A DNA stretch of 64,000 nt from an uncultured Veillonellaceae bacterium (GCA_964601085.1 CAZRLN010000004.1:13614-77613); one strand, 5' to 3'; shown: positions 53,149 to 63,563, numbered from the stretch's first letter. A program made the numbers and translations. Notes: generated by a model from the sequence alone, not told the origin.

Positions 53149-54942
53149 ATGAATTTGCAGAATCAAACTGGTTTCTCCCGTTCGGTTTCGAAAAAAATGT
53201 TTGTTTTGGCGATTATTGTCGGCCTGATTATCGCTGTCGCCGTACCTTCAACCTATTGTTTTTTAATGCTCCGTGAAAGAATGGACGATAGCAGGATGCA
53301 TGGCGTGCTTCTGGCCGATTCCGTCGCTTTGGCGATCCGAGACAATGAAGAACTATGGAAGTATGATGTGCCCCGCTTTATTGATATTGGCAATCGCTGG
53401 CGAAACAAGGAGCATATTGTTTCCCTGCGCGTGTATGATACTGAACGTCAGCTTTTGTTTGAAAGAGTAAATCGTTCTGACTCGTTTGCATCGTTTATTA
53501 CCCGGACGCCGATCACCTATAATGCAACGATCGAAGGAACTTTGGAGATTCGGGACAGCTATGCGGACCTGCTGCTGAATAGTTTAATTACATTGTGTGT
53601 GTTTGGACTCCTGGGCTTTTCCCTGGGAAGGCTGATATATAGGATCGTGTCCAGCGCCGAACGCATCACTGCGGATGCGGTGGGCGAGTTGACGGCATCG
53701 CAGAAAAGTTTGCGCGAAATGGCGATCACAGACGCAAAAACACAACTGTATAATGCCACCTATTTGGGATCAGCGGTGCGAGAGGCGGTTGAAGTCGCCC
53801 GGACTACAAAGGGCGCCTTGAAATTGGCGATGCTGGATCTGGATTATTTTAAAAAGTATAATGATTTTCATGGGCATGTGGCGGGCGATGCGATTCTCGC
53901 CGAGTTGGCGGTCCTGCTGAAGCAAAGTGTGCGGTCGTCCGAAATTGTTGGACGGTTTGGCGGCGAAGAGTTTTTGGTGATTATACCGGATGCGGAGGAG
54001 ACTGCGGCTCTGGCGCTTGCGCACAGAATACGGACTGCGATTGCGGAGCATAGTTTCCCGGGTGCGGAGGTTTTGCCGGGAGGACGGTTGACCGTCAGCA
54101 TCGGGTTGGCAAGCTATCGACAGGGGATGAGTCCGGCGAATTTGATGGATCAGGCGGATAAGGCTCTGTATGCGGCGAAGGAGGCCGGACGCAACCAGGT
54201 ATGTATTACCTGTGGCGGCGAATATTATATCAATGGAACGAAATTGGTCAGTATTGGCAACATTGCTTTTATCAGCGAGACCTTTCGGGAGATGATCCGG
54301 GCGATTGACGAGAAAGCGCAAGGCGGAATTATCAGTCCGCAGGCGGAAGCGCTGCTTTCGTTTCTCAAAACAATGGATTCTCGAGAGAATGCAATATCCC
54401 AACATTCCCTGATGGTCAATAAAACGTCGATGGCCATTGGGAGAAAGATGGGATTGTCGGAAAAGGATCTGTTGGAGCTTCACTGGGGAACTTTGTTGCA
54501 TGATATTGGCAAGCTGGGGATCAGCGACGCCTTATTGATGAAACCCTCGGCGCTTACGGAACACGAATATGAAATCATCAAACGTCACCCCGTAGTGGGG
54601 TTTGAGTTGGTAAAAAACAATGATTACCTTTCGGCGGCAGCCAAAATTATTCTATGTCACCATGAAAGATGGGATGGCGCCGGCTATCCTCATGGACTTA
54701 AAGGGGCCCAAACTCCTTTTATGGCGCGGATTTGCTGCGCCGCCGACGCGGTGGCGGCTATGGCGGAAGACAGACCTTATCGACGCGCCCTGACATACGG
54801 ACAGATTGTTGCGGAATTACAGCGACAGAGCGCCGTGCAGTTTGATCCGGAAATTGTTGAGGTGTTTGTTTCGCTGCAAAATCAGAGGGAACAGAGTTTT
54901 GAAACGCTCGAACCAGTGTCTGTGCAGCAGGTGATGGCTTAG
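53149..54942 (+). CDS. membrane sensor protein with GGDEF and HD-GYP domains (c-di-GMP turnover)
   Basis: Two TM segments flank a periplasmic region. GGEEF at RFGGEEFLVI. HD-GYP signatures HDIGK and HHERWDGAGYP. Confidence 0.88.
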   Translation: MNLQNQTGFSRSVSKKMFVLAIIVGLIIAVAVPSTYCFLMLRERMDDSRMHGVLLADSVALAIRDNEELWKYDVPRFIDIGNRWRNKEHIVSLRVYDTERQLLFERVNRSDSFASFITRTPITYNATIEGTLEIRDSYADLLLNSLITLCVFGLLGFSLGRLIYRIVSSAERITADAVGELTASQKSLREMAITDAKTQLYNATYLGSAVREAVEVARTTKGALKLAMLDLDYFKKYNDFHGHVAGDAILAELAVLLKQSVRSSEIVGRFGGEEFLVIIPDAEETAALALAHRIRTAIAEHSFPGAEVLPGGRLTVSIGLASYRQGMSPANLMDQADKALYAAKEAGRNQVCITCGGEYYINGTKLVSIGNIAFISETFREMIRAIDEKAQGGIISPQAEALLSFLKTMDSRENAISQHSLMVNKTSMAIGRKMGLSEKDLLELHWGTLLHDIGKLGISDALLMKPSALTEHEYEIIKRHPVVGFELVKNNDYLSAAAKIILCHHERWDGAGYPHGLKGAQTPFMARICCAADAVAAMAEDRPYRRALTYGQIVAELQRQSAVQFDPEIVEVFVSLQNQREQSFETLEPVSVQQVMA

Positions 54943-54979
54943 TTCATGCAAAATTATGAGATGAAAATGAGGGATAATA

Positions 54980-56044
54980 ATGGCCCCGGATCATACGATC
55001 GATGAGAATGCGCCTCGGCATCAGCGCCGGATTCGATATAAAGGTGCATATCCCAGGAACTTTAAGGAAAAATATAAAGAACTTCAACCCGAGCGCTATG
55101 CCGATGCAGTGGCCCGTGTTATTCAAAAAGGCAGTACTCCCGCCGGAACGCATCGGTCCATTTGTGTTGAAGAAATATTGGAATTGCTGCAAATCCGGCC
55201 AGGGCAGACCGGGTTGGACGCTACCCTGGGTTATGGCGGCCATACATTGGCGATGCTCAAATGCTTGAATTCACAGGGACGACTGTATTCCATTGATGTC
55301 GACCCGCTTGAATTGCCACGTACTCAGGAACGTTTGGAACGCTTGGGCTACGGCCCGGATATTTTAGAAATCCGACAGATGAACTTTTCCCAGATCGATC
55401 AACTCACCTATGAATCCGGGCCGTTCAATTTTGTATTGGCTGATCTAGGTGTTTCTTCCATGCAAATAGACAATCCGGACAGGGGGTTTTCCTTTCGGGC
55501 GGAAGGGCCCCTGGATTTGCGGCTAAATCCGACACGAGGGCGTTCGGCGGCCAACCGATTAAAGAAAATGACCCTGGACGAGTTGCAAAACATGTTGGTG
55601 GAAAATGCGGATGAGCCTCACGCCGGGGTAATCGCCCGCACCATCATTTCCAGTCTGAAAAAAGGCATCGAGATATCGACGACAACACAACTCCGCAATA
55701 TCATCCAGGAAGCTCTGAAGTCTGTCCCCAAAATCAGCGAGGACGAAATGAAAAAATCCTGCCAACGCTGTTTTCAGGCGCTGCGGATTGATGTCAACAA
55801 GGAGTATGAAGTGCTGGATGAATTTTTGGCAAAGCTGCCGGATGTTCTTGCCAAAGACGGGCGTGTGGCTATTCTTACATTTCATTCCGGCGAAGATCGA
55901 CGGGTAAAAAAATCTTTTAAGCACTTTTTCCGCGAAGGCGTTTATCGTGAGATCGCCCCCGAGCCGATCCGGCCATCCGACAAAGAATGTCGAGAAAATA
56001 GCCGGGCGCGTTCCGCCAAACTGCGCTGGGCCATCAAAGCGTAG
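54980..56044 (+). CDS. RsmH (MraW)-like SAM-dependent N4-cytosine methyltransferase paralogue with N-terminal extension
   Basis: DATLGYGGHT, ADLGVSSMQIDNPDRGFSF, GPLDLRLNP, LTFHSGEDRRVK. Confidence 0.7.
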   Translation: MAPDHTIDENAPRHQRRIRYKGAYPRNFKEKYKELQPERYADAVARVIQKGSTPAGTHRSICVEEILELLQIRPGQTGLDATLGYGGHTLAMLKCLNSQGRLYSIDVDPLELPRTQERLERLGYGPDILEIRQMNFSQIDQLTYESGPFNFVLADLGVSSMQIDNPDRGFSFRAEGPLDLRLNPTRGRSAANRLKKMTLDELQNMLVENADEPHAGVIARTIISSLKKGIEISTTTQLRNIIQEALKSVPKISEDEMKKSCQRCFQALRIDVNKEYEVLDEFLAKLPDVLAKDGRVAILTFHSGEDRRVKKSFKHFFREGVYREIAPEPIRPSDKECRENSRARSAKLRWAIKA

Positions 56045-56401
56045 GGAAGAGACTCTGCATTTTTTGAGGTCAGTGTTTTGTATGCTGGGCCAAAATATTG
56101 TTTTTTGCTCAATCAATAAGGAAGCGCAACGTGCCGCATCGGTACGTGGCGCTTTCTTATTAAAAAGTTGAACGCCAATATTTGCTGTGATTATACAAAT
56201 TTTAGCAGACCGGTACAATTAATTGCTTGTTTATACTTATCTTTTTGTGTCCGGGGCAAGATGCCAGATTCAAACGAGTTTTATAAAATAAGGTATAAAC
56301 GAAGGATTCATGATGAAAATGTTTTTGCAGAGAAATGCATTGGGATTTGACGCTAATAAAATTATTACAATTCCATCCAACAGATAGGGGAGGGGAAATC
56401 G

Positions 56402-58120
56402 GTGATTATCTGCGGGATCAATTCAAGCCACACTGCATCCGCAGCTCTTGTGAAAGACGGACAGATTTTGTGCGCATTACAGGAGGAACGACCAACTCGG
56501 GAGAAAAACCGTAACGGGTTTCCCGAAGCGGCCATTCGATCCATACTATCCATGAAGAACCTGGACTGGACAGATGTTGATGCTTATGTTTTCGGCGGTC
56601 ACGAGACGTATACCGAACTCGGCCTCAAAGAGGGAGACCGGTCCGCCCGCATCCGCAGTTACAAGGAGATGCTGGATCCGATCGGGCAGGTGAAACGAAT
56701 GCTGCGGGATACTCCTCTGCGCGGTTTGGTTCATCGGCAACGACGGGAAGCTGACATTCAGAAGATCGCGGCCCACGGTGTATCACGCAACCGGATCTTT
56801 TCCATCGAGCATCATCGGTGTCATGCGTCCACAGCGTTTTATGGGTCGGGGATGGATCGGGACGCGATAGTGTTCACCGTCGATGGCGCCGGCGATTCAC
56901 TTTGCGCAACCGTATCGATTCCGGGAACAGATGGGCGATTGCAACGACTCACCACCATCGCCGAAGAACATTCCATCGGGAATCTTTGGTCGGTCATTAC
57001 GTCCCTGATGAGCATGGTGCCGCTTGAGCATGAATACAAACTCATGGGTATGGCGCCTTATGCAAGTGGGGAGCGCGTTTCCCAAGCAAAGAAGATTTTT
57101 CATAGCGCTTTCCGAATGACGGGGGATGGATGGAATTTGGCTTCAGGCGTTCCGAACACCTTGTTTTCATACAACTTCTGGCGAAAACGACTGGAATTTA
57201 CACGTTTTGATTATATTTGCGCCGGGTTGCAGAGTTTTACGGAAGAATTTTTGACAGAATGGATCCAGGGGTGGCTCCAGAAGACCGGACGCAGGAAGGT
57301 TCGATTGTCCGGCGGTGTTTTTATGAACGTGAAACTTAACAAGGTGATCGGTGAATTGCCGGAAGTGGATGATCTTTTCGTATTTCCTTCCTGCGGCGAT
57401 GAGACCAATTCCATTGGCGCCGCCTGGGCGTACCTTGAGGATCGGAATCAGGCTACACTAATCGAACCACTCAAGACGCTATATCTTGGCCCGGAACCAA
57501 CCGAAGCCGAGTACCGGAACGCTGCTAACCGTGCCAGCAATCTGGGATGGACGGTGAGCGCTCCGACGGAACTGGACGAGGTCGTGGCGGAACTGCTTAG
57601 TCAGGGGCAAGTGGTGGCTCGCGCGACCGGGCGCGAGGAATTTGGCGCCCGCTCCCTTGGTAATCGGGCAATCTTGGCGGATCCGATCCGCACGGATGTA
57701 ATCAAGACTGTCAACAAGGCTATCAAGAACCGTGATTTTTGGATGCCGTTCGCGCCTTCGATCATGCAAGAACACGCCGATCGGTACGTGGATAATCCGA
57801 AAAATTTTTCAGCGCCGTACATGATCTTGGCGTTTGATTCCAGGAACCGTGACGAAGTCAAAGCGGCCTGTCATCCAGAGGATGCAACCATTCGCCCACA
57901 AATCGTTTCTCACATGGACAATCCACAGTATCACCGCCTGATCGAACTCTTCCACCGTAAAACAGGGCGCGGGGCTATACTCAATACGTCCTTGAATATT
58001 CATGGCGAACCCATTGTTTCTACGCCAGACGATGCCATTGACGTGATGCGGCGCTCGGGCCTTCTACATCTGGCGCTTGGTCCATACTTGATTTCGAAAC
58101 CGGATGGGCTTCGCCAATAG
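56402..58120 (+). CDS. carbamoyltransferase (NodU/CmcH family)
   Basis: ICGINSSHTASAALVKDGQILCALQEERPTREKN... and the C-terminal LGNRAILADP...FWMPFAPS pattern. Confidence 0.85.
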   Translation: MIICGINSSHTASAALVKDGQILCALQEERPTREKNRNGFPEAAIRSILSMKNLDWTDVDAYVFGGHETYTELGLKEGDRSARIRSYKEMLDPIGQVKRMLRDTPLRGLVHRQRREADIQKIAAHGVSRNRIFSIEHHRCHASTAFYGSGMDRDAIVFTVDGAGDSLCATVSIPGTDGRLQRLTTIAEEHSIGNLWSVITSLMSMVPLEHEYKLMGMAPYASGERVSQAKKIFHSAFRMTGDGWNLASGVPNTLFSYNFWRKRLEFTRFDYICAGLQSFTEEFLTEWIQGWLQKTGRRKVRLSGGVFMNVKLNKVIGELPEVDDLFVFPSCGDETNSIGAAWAYLEDRNQATLIEPLKTLYLGPEPTEAEYRNAANRASNLGWTVSAPTELDEVVAELLSQGQVVARATGREEFGARSLGNRAILADPIRTDVIKTVNKAIKNRDFWMPFAPSIMQEHADRYVDNPKNFSAPYMILAFDSRNRDEVKAACHPEDATIRPQIVSHMDNPQYHRLIELFHRKTGRGAILNTSLNIHGEPIVSTPDDAIDVMRRSGLLHLALGPYLISKPDGLRQ

Positions 58121-58223
58121 TATTTGTTGCGATTGACAGGATTTCGGGATGACGCCCGCGAATTAACATGCATAGCCTCGTGCGCAGGTAAGGCCGAACG
58201 CGGCGGAGAACAGGAGGAATTGC

Positions 58224-59096
58224 ATGGAGGACCGCGATTGGCTGATCATTAAAGTGCTGAATGAACAGAAGAATATCACCAAAACAGCGCAGGCGCTGTT
58301 CATTTCCCAGCCATATCTGACGACCCGTATTCGACATATCGAGGATGAATTCGGCGTGAAAATGATCTATCGAGGCAGCCGGGGCGTCCATTTTACTCCC
58401 GAAGGCGATTATCTGGCGCAGCGCGCCCAGAATATGCTGCTGGAAATTCGCCGGATCAAAGAGCAGGTCGTCAACATGGGGAGCGAGGTCAAGGGAATCT
58501 TGCGCGTCGGTGCGTCAAACTATTTGTCGAAGTATAAGATACCCCGCTTGTTGGGCCTCTTCAAGGAATGTCATCCCAAAGTGGAATTCAATGTCGTCAC
58601 AACGTTGAGCCGGGATGTTTGCGGACTCCTGTACAACCAGGATGTCCATGTGGGGTTTGTTCGGTCCGACTTTGGCTGGCGTGGCGAGAAACACATTTTG
58701 TATGAGGAACCGGTTTGCATTGCTTCGAAAAACGCCCTAAGCCTTGACGATCTGCCAAGTCTGCCACGGATTGACTATCATACGGATGATTCCTTCAAGA
58801 ACCAAATCGACGCCTGGTGGAATGAAACTTTTGATCAACCGCCGACCATTGGCATGACGGTGGGATACATTGATGTCTGTCGGTCCATGGTCGCCAATGG
58901 ACTCGGTTATGGCGTCGTGCCCGCGTCGCTGTTGGATGGCGTGGAGCCGATGCACCGGATTCCGATCAAGGGCCGGGATGGGAAGCCCATTCTCCGCAAA
59001 ACGTGGATGCTCTATCACAAGGAGATGATGGAACTGAAACTGGTCCGGCTATTTCTGGATTTCGCAAAGAGTGTTGATTATTCGGAGCTGACGTAA
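58224..59096 (+). CDS. LysR-family transcriptional regulator
   Basis: N-terminal HTH NITKTAQALFISQPYLTTRIRHIEDEFGVKMIYR, 290 aa. Confidence 0.88.
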   Translation: MEDRDWLIIKVLNEQKNITKTAQALFISQPYLTTRIRHIEDEFGVKMIYRGSRGVHFTPEGDYLAQRAQNMLLEIRRIKEQVVNMGSEVKGILRVGASNYLSKYKIPRLLGLFKECHPKVEFNVVTTLSRDVCGLLYNQDVHVGFVRSDFGWRGEKHILYEEPVCIASKNALSLDDLPSLPRIDYHTDDSFKNQIDAWWNETFDQPPTIGMTVGYIDVCRSMVANGLGYGVVPASLLDGVEPMHRIPIKGRDGKPILRKTWMLYHKEMMELKLVRLFLDFAKSVDYSELT

Positions 59097-59135
59097 GTAC
59101 CTGAAGAAGGTAGTGTTTGCATTCCAAAACAATTG

Positions 59136-59179
59136 GCTGTCTCCCTCGGAATGATGGTTCCGCCGGCGACAGCTTTTTT
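59136..59179 (+). terminator. terminator candidate after the LysR gene
   Basis: GCTGTC ... GACAGC stem enclosing a structured loop, followed by TTTTTT. Confidence 0.45.
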
Positions 59180-59298
59180 ATGCGGCGATTGCGCCGAAAT
59201 AACTTTTTGCGATACCCCCCATTTCATTTACATATTTCAAATTTTTCTGAATCATGTTTATGATTAAGAAGAGATCACGTATAGATGGAGGGAAGGCT

Positions 59299-60654
59299 AT
59301 GGGAGTAAGCATCTGGTCATTGGTCGCGTATATCGCCGCTATTATCTTCTGGAATTCCAAAATGAAACGAAACATTGGCGAAGCCATGGTTGTGGGCTGG
59401 ATCGTCGTGCTGGCGTTTGGCGGCGGCAAGTTCTTTGATCTCATGATGAGGAGCCTGAATTTTGCGGCCACACAGGAAACGGTATACGCGGCGCTGGCCT
59501 TTGTATTCATGGCGTTTGTCATGACCAAGACCGGTCTGGTAAACCGCATGGTAGACATTCTGAATTCGACATTAGGCCGTATTCCGGGTGGCGCTGGGTA
59601 CATTTCCACATTGGCCAGCGCGTTGATGGGCCTGATTTCGGGTTCCGGATCCGGCAATGCCGCAGCTGTCGGCGCAGTGACCATTCCCTGGATGGTGAAA
59701 TCCAACTGGTCGCCGCAACTCAGCGCGACGATGGTGTCGGGAAACGCTGGACTCGGCATTGCGTTACCGCCGTGTTCCTCGATGTTTCTTATTCTTGGCC
59801 TTGGCGTCGTCGCCGAAAAAGTGACGACCGGATCGTTGTACATGGCGCTTCTCACGGCGGGATTGTGGACTCTGTTCTACCGTCTTCTCCTTGTCCGGTG
59901 GTTTGTTTTCCGGTACAATATCCAACCCTTGCCGCCGGAAATGATCAAACCTTTCGGTCAGACCTTCCGCGACGGTTGGACCTCGTTGCTGATTTTCGCC
60001 GGGATCATCATTCCCGTGGGTCTGACGATCGGGCCTGTGGCGGACGTTTTGACCGGAATTAAGAGCTTTGGCCCCAAAGGTCTGAAAAGTATTTCGATTA
60101 TTGTCTGGATACCGGTGCTGATCAGCTGGATTGCGATTTTTGAAGGACGCAAATATCTGCCGAAGACGGTTTCCCGAATGTATGATCTGATCCAATCTTC
60201 CTCCAAACGCTTCGTTGTGGTTGGGGCCACGTTGTTCTTTGCTTTCGCTGCCGGTGATGTAATGACAAAACTTGGGTTAGCCAAGGACATGATGGCTATT
60301 CTGAAGTCGATGCAGCTTTCGCCGTTGTTGATGATCATCCTGGTTGGCGTTCTGGTGACGGTGATCGGCGGCCCGTTGACATCCACCGCCACGGTTGTGG
60401 CAATCGGCTCGGTTTCGTTTTCCGCCTTGATTTACGCCGGTGTTGATCCGGCGACGGCGGCTGCGGTGATTTTGATCTTTTCTTCGACGGAAGGCGCGAC
60501 TCCACCCGGCGCCGCACCGATTTTCATCGCCTGCGGCATTGCCAATGTCGACCCGGTGAAAACCTTCGTTCCGCTCATTCTGTACTATGTTTTGCCGATT
60601 CTGGTGATCGGCGTGCTCATCGCAACCGGATTATTGCCGACTTTGGTCATGTAG
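59299..60654 (+). CDS. DctM-like (TRAP large-subunit family) membrane transporter
   Basis: Polytopic protein. GLISGSGSGNAAAVGAVTIPWM resembles the DctM signature. GGAGGG RBS before ATG 59299. No DctP/DctQ genes adjacent. Confidence 0.5.
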   Translation: MGVSIWSLVAYIAAIIFWNSKMKRNIGEAMVVGWIVVLAFGGGKFFDLMMRSLNFAATQETVYAALAFVFMAFVMTKTGLVNRMVDILNSTLGRIPGGAGYISTLASALMGLISGSGSGNAAAVGAVTIPWMVKSNWSPQLSATMVSGNAGLGIALPPCSSMFLILGLGVVAEKVTTGSLYMALLTAGLWTLFYRLLLVRWFVFRYNIQPLPPEMIKPFGQTFRDGWTSLLIFAGIIIPVGLTIGPVADVLTGIKSFGPKGLKSISIIVWIPVLISWIAIFEGRKYLPKTVSRMYDLIQSSSKRFVVVGATLFFAFAAGDVMTKLGLAKDMMAILKSMQLSPLLMIILVGVLVTVIGGPLTSTATVVAIGSVSFSALIYAGVDPATAAAVILIFSSTEGATPPGAAPIFIACGIANVDPVKTFVPLILYYVLPILVIGVLIATGLLPTLVM

Positions 60655-60666
60655 GAGGGAATCGGT

Positions 60667-60900
60667 ATGGACTTTTTGCGTAAAGTGTTGAATGCCCTGT
60701 TTGTCTGTGGCGTAATCGCATTCATGCTCATGGGGACGGTCATTGTATTGGTGCAAGCGTACAGTATTGTGACTGCCAATGGTGCGATCGCGATAAAAAT
60801 AATGAAGACGGTCGGCAAACCGGCGTTTATCATTGCCTCGATCACGGGAATCATCGGCTTTGTCCAGGGGTATGTAAATGGCTGGGAGATGGGGGATTAG
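60667..60900 (+). CDS. small two-TM membrane protein
   Basis: 77-aa ORF with GGAGGGA RBS, co-oriented with the permease gene. Confidence 0.5.
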   Translation: MDFLRKVLNALFVCGVIAFMLMGTVIVLVQAYSIVTANGAIAIKIMKTVGKPAFIIASITGIIGFVQGYVNGWEMGD

Positions 60901-60913
60901 GAGGAATTCGATC

Positions 60914-61852
60914 ATGGCTTTTAGTTATACAAAAAATGTAGTTCGGCGGTCTCGCCTGATCATGCCGGCCAATGCGCCGAAATTTGTGGAGAAGGCCTGG
61001 CAACGCAATGCCGATGCGGTGGTTCTGGATCTGGAGGATAGCGTGCCGCAGACGGAAAAAGCGACGACCCGCGAGCTGATCAAGAGTCAGGTCCAATTGG
61101 TGGGCAAGGGCGGCAGTGATGTATTGGTACGGGTCAACCACGACGAAAGGTGGTTGCAGGACGACTTGGACGCGGCAGTTTGGCCGGGGGTGGTTGGGAT
61201 TGTTTTTCCCAAGGTGGAGAGCGCTGCCGATATTATGAAAATTGAGCGGCGCATCGCCGAACTGGAAAATGAACGCGATGTTCCGGCCGGCCAGATCAAA
61301 ATTTCCGTTTTGATTGAATCCTGCAAAGGGCTGCTGCGGATGGAGGAGATCGCCGGCAGCAGCGAACGAATCGACTCTTTGACTCTCGGCAATGAGGATT
61401 TTCTGAGAGATGCCGGCATTCAGGATTGCGCCGATACATTTCAGGCCATGGTGCAAGCGCGCATGCAATTGTTGTTCGCGGCGCGGGCATTTGAAAAAAT
61501 TCCGATGGGCCTGATTGGCTCACTGGCGAATTACAACGCCGCCGATGCTTTCGCCAAGAGCGCTGAACTTGCCTACAAACATGGCTTTCTCGGCGCCAGC
61601 TGCATTCATCCCGGCAATGTTGAGACGCTGAATCAGGCATTTTCGCCGAAACACGAAGAAACCGAGCAGGCCCAAAGCATTATCGAAGCCTTTGAGGCGG
61701 CGATAGCGCAGGGAAGGGCCTCTACAACCCACGCGGGGAAAATGATCGACTATGTGCATTATGAACGAGCAAAAATCCTGCTCGAACGCGATGCGGTCAT
61801 CAAAGCCTTTGATGCGAAGAAAAGGAAAGCTCGTCAGGCGCAGGGCCTGTAA
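60914..61852 (+). CDS. citE: CitE-like citrate (citryl/malyl-CoA) lyase beta subunit, HpcH/HpaI family
   Basis: RSRLIMPANAPKFVEKAWQRNADAVVLDLEDSV pattern. AGGAGG RBS before ATG 60914. Confidence 0.7.
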   Translation: MAFSYTKNVVRRSRLIMPANAPKFVEKAWQRNADAVVLDLEDSVPQTEKATTRELIKSQVQLVGKGGSDVLVRVNHDERWLQDDLDAAVWPGVVGIVFPKVESAADIMKIERRIAELENERDVPAGQIKISVLIESCKGLLRMEEIAGSSERIDSLTLGNEDFLRDAGIQDCADTFQAMVQARMQLLFAARAFEKIPMGLIGSLANYNAADAFAKSAELAYKHGFLGASCIHPGNVETLNQAFSPKHEETEQAQSIIEAFEAAIAQGRASTTHAGKMIDYVHYERAKILLERDAVIKAFDAKKRKARQAQGL

Positions 61853-61882
61853 AACGACGGCTACATTAAGGAGGAGCCCTTC

Positions 61883-63412
61883 ATGAAAAACGCGGCAGGC
61901 CGGGAAATTCCGGAATTGATTGCCGGAAACAAATTAAAACCTTTCCAAGGTCCGTGGGAGTGTTTTCCGGCGCGTCAACAGAGCGGAAAACGCATCGATG
62001 TTTCGACTTCGGAAAAACTTCAAAAATCCATCGAGGCCGCTATCGAAGCTTGTGGCTTGAAGGATGGCATGACGATTTCCTTCCATCATCATTTGCGTAA
62101 TGGCGATGCGGTTATGAAACTGGTGGTCGACGCCATCGCCCGCAAGGGGATTCGCGGTCTCCGGCTTTCCGCCAGTTCGCTCAGCGAAGTGCAGGACGCA
62201 CTGCTGCCGCATTTGGAGTCTGGCGTCATTGTTGCGCTGGATACCAGCGGTTTGCGCGGACAGCTTGGCAAGTTCGTTTCCGCCGGCCGGCTGCCCCACC
62301 CGGTCATGATTCGTACCCATGGCGGCAGAGCCCGGGCCATCGAACGCGGCGAACTGAAGATCGACGTGGCCTTTATCGGAGCGCCAACCTGCGACAGTTA
62401 CGGCAATATCAACGGAATCGACGGCCCGGCGGCCTGCGGTTCGCTCGGCTATGCCATGATTGACGCTGCTTGCGCCGACAAGGTCGTGGCGGTCACCGAC
62501 AATTTGGTTCGGGGACCGTTGCATCAGATCAGTATTCCGCAAACCCAGGTGGATTTTATCGTACAAGTCGATTCCATCGGCGATCCGGCGGGCATCAGCA
62601 CGGGATCGCTGCGGATCAGCACCGACTCCAAAGAACTGCTGATTTCGGAATACGCGGCGCGGGTCATTGAACATTCCGGGTGTTTCAAGGATGGATTTTC
62701 CCTGCAACTGGGCAGTGGCGGGGCCTCTTTGTCCGCCGCCCGGTTCATTCGGGAAAAAATGCAGGCGAAAAAAATAACCGCCGCGTTCGGCGTCGGCGGA
62801 ATCACTGGAATTTTCACGGATATGATGGAGGAAGGGTTGGTCGAACTTCTGTTTGACGTGCAAAGCTTCGACGCCTCGGCCATCCGATCGCTAAAGAACA
62901 GTCGTCGTCATTTGGAAATGTCGGCGTCGTACTATGCAAGCCCCGGGAACCGGGGACCGATCGTCAATCAAGTCGATGCGGTCATCCTGAGCGCCACGGA
63001 AGTTGACGTGGAATTCAACGTAAATGTGCTCACTGGATCGAATGGCAGATTGATGGGGGCTCCCGGCGGACACCCGGATACGGCGGCAGGGTCCAAACTT
63101 TGTATAGTGGCGCTCCCATTGGTTCGCAAGAATTTTCCGGTGGTATGCAAGCAGGTGAATACGGTGGTCACACCCGGTTCCACGGTGGATGTTGTTGTAA
63201 CGGACCGAGGGGTGGCGGTTAACCCGCTACGGAAAGACCTGATCGGGAATTTGGCGGAATCCGGATTGCCGATTATGCCCATCGAAGATCTGCAACGGCT
63301 GGCGATGGAAATCACCGGTGCGACAGAAATGCCTCCGGCGGAGGGCGATATCGTCGGTTTGGTGGAATATCGGGATGGTACGATCATCGATGTGATACGA
63401 AAGTTGGGTTAA
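61883..63412 (+). CDS. citF: CitF-like citrate lyase alpha subunit (citrate CoA-transferase)
   Basis: 509 aa with GMTISFHHHLRNGD, characteristic of CitF. Confidence 0.78.
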   Translation: MKNAAGREIPELIAGNKLKPFQGPWECFPARQQSGKRIDVSTSEKLQKSIEAAIEACGLKDGMTISFHHHLRNGDAVMKLVVDAIARKGIRGLRLSASSLSEVQDALLPHLESGVIVALDTSGLRGQLGKFVSAGRLPHPVMIRTHGGRARAIERGELKIDVAFIGAPTCDSYGNINGIDGPAACGSLGYAMIDAACADKVVAVTDNLVRGPLHQISIPQTQVDFIVQVDSIGDPAGISTGSLRISTDSKELLISEYAARVIEHSGCFKDGFSLQLGSGGASLSAARFIREKMQAKKITAAFGVGGITGIFTDMMEEGLVELLFDVQSFDASAIRSLKNSRRHLEMSASYYASPGNRGPIVNQVDAVILSATEVDVEFNVNVLTGSNGRLMGAPGGHPDTAAGSKLCIVALPLVRKNFPVVCKQVNTVVTPGSTVDVVVTDRGVAVNPLRKDLIGNLAESGLPIMPIEDLQRLAMEITGATEMPPAEGDIVGLVEYRDGTIIDVIRKLG

Positions 63413-63468
63413 AAATAAGACGGTTCTGAGTGATTCCCGGTTTCCGGTCAACTGATTTTATGCCAAAG

Positions 63469-63508
63469 CAAGAAGCTGTTCCGAGATTGAGGTTGGAACA
63501 GCTTCTTG
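63469..63508. terminator. bidirectional terminator between convergent genes
   Basis: 14-bp perfect stem CAAGAAGCTGTTCC / GGAACAGCTTCTTG with a 12-nt loop and A/T-rich flanks. Confidence 0.75.
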
Positions 63509-63563
63509 TATATTATGCCATGATTGTTGGTTGACGTGAAAGCAAAACCATCGTAAAAGACAA

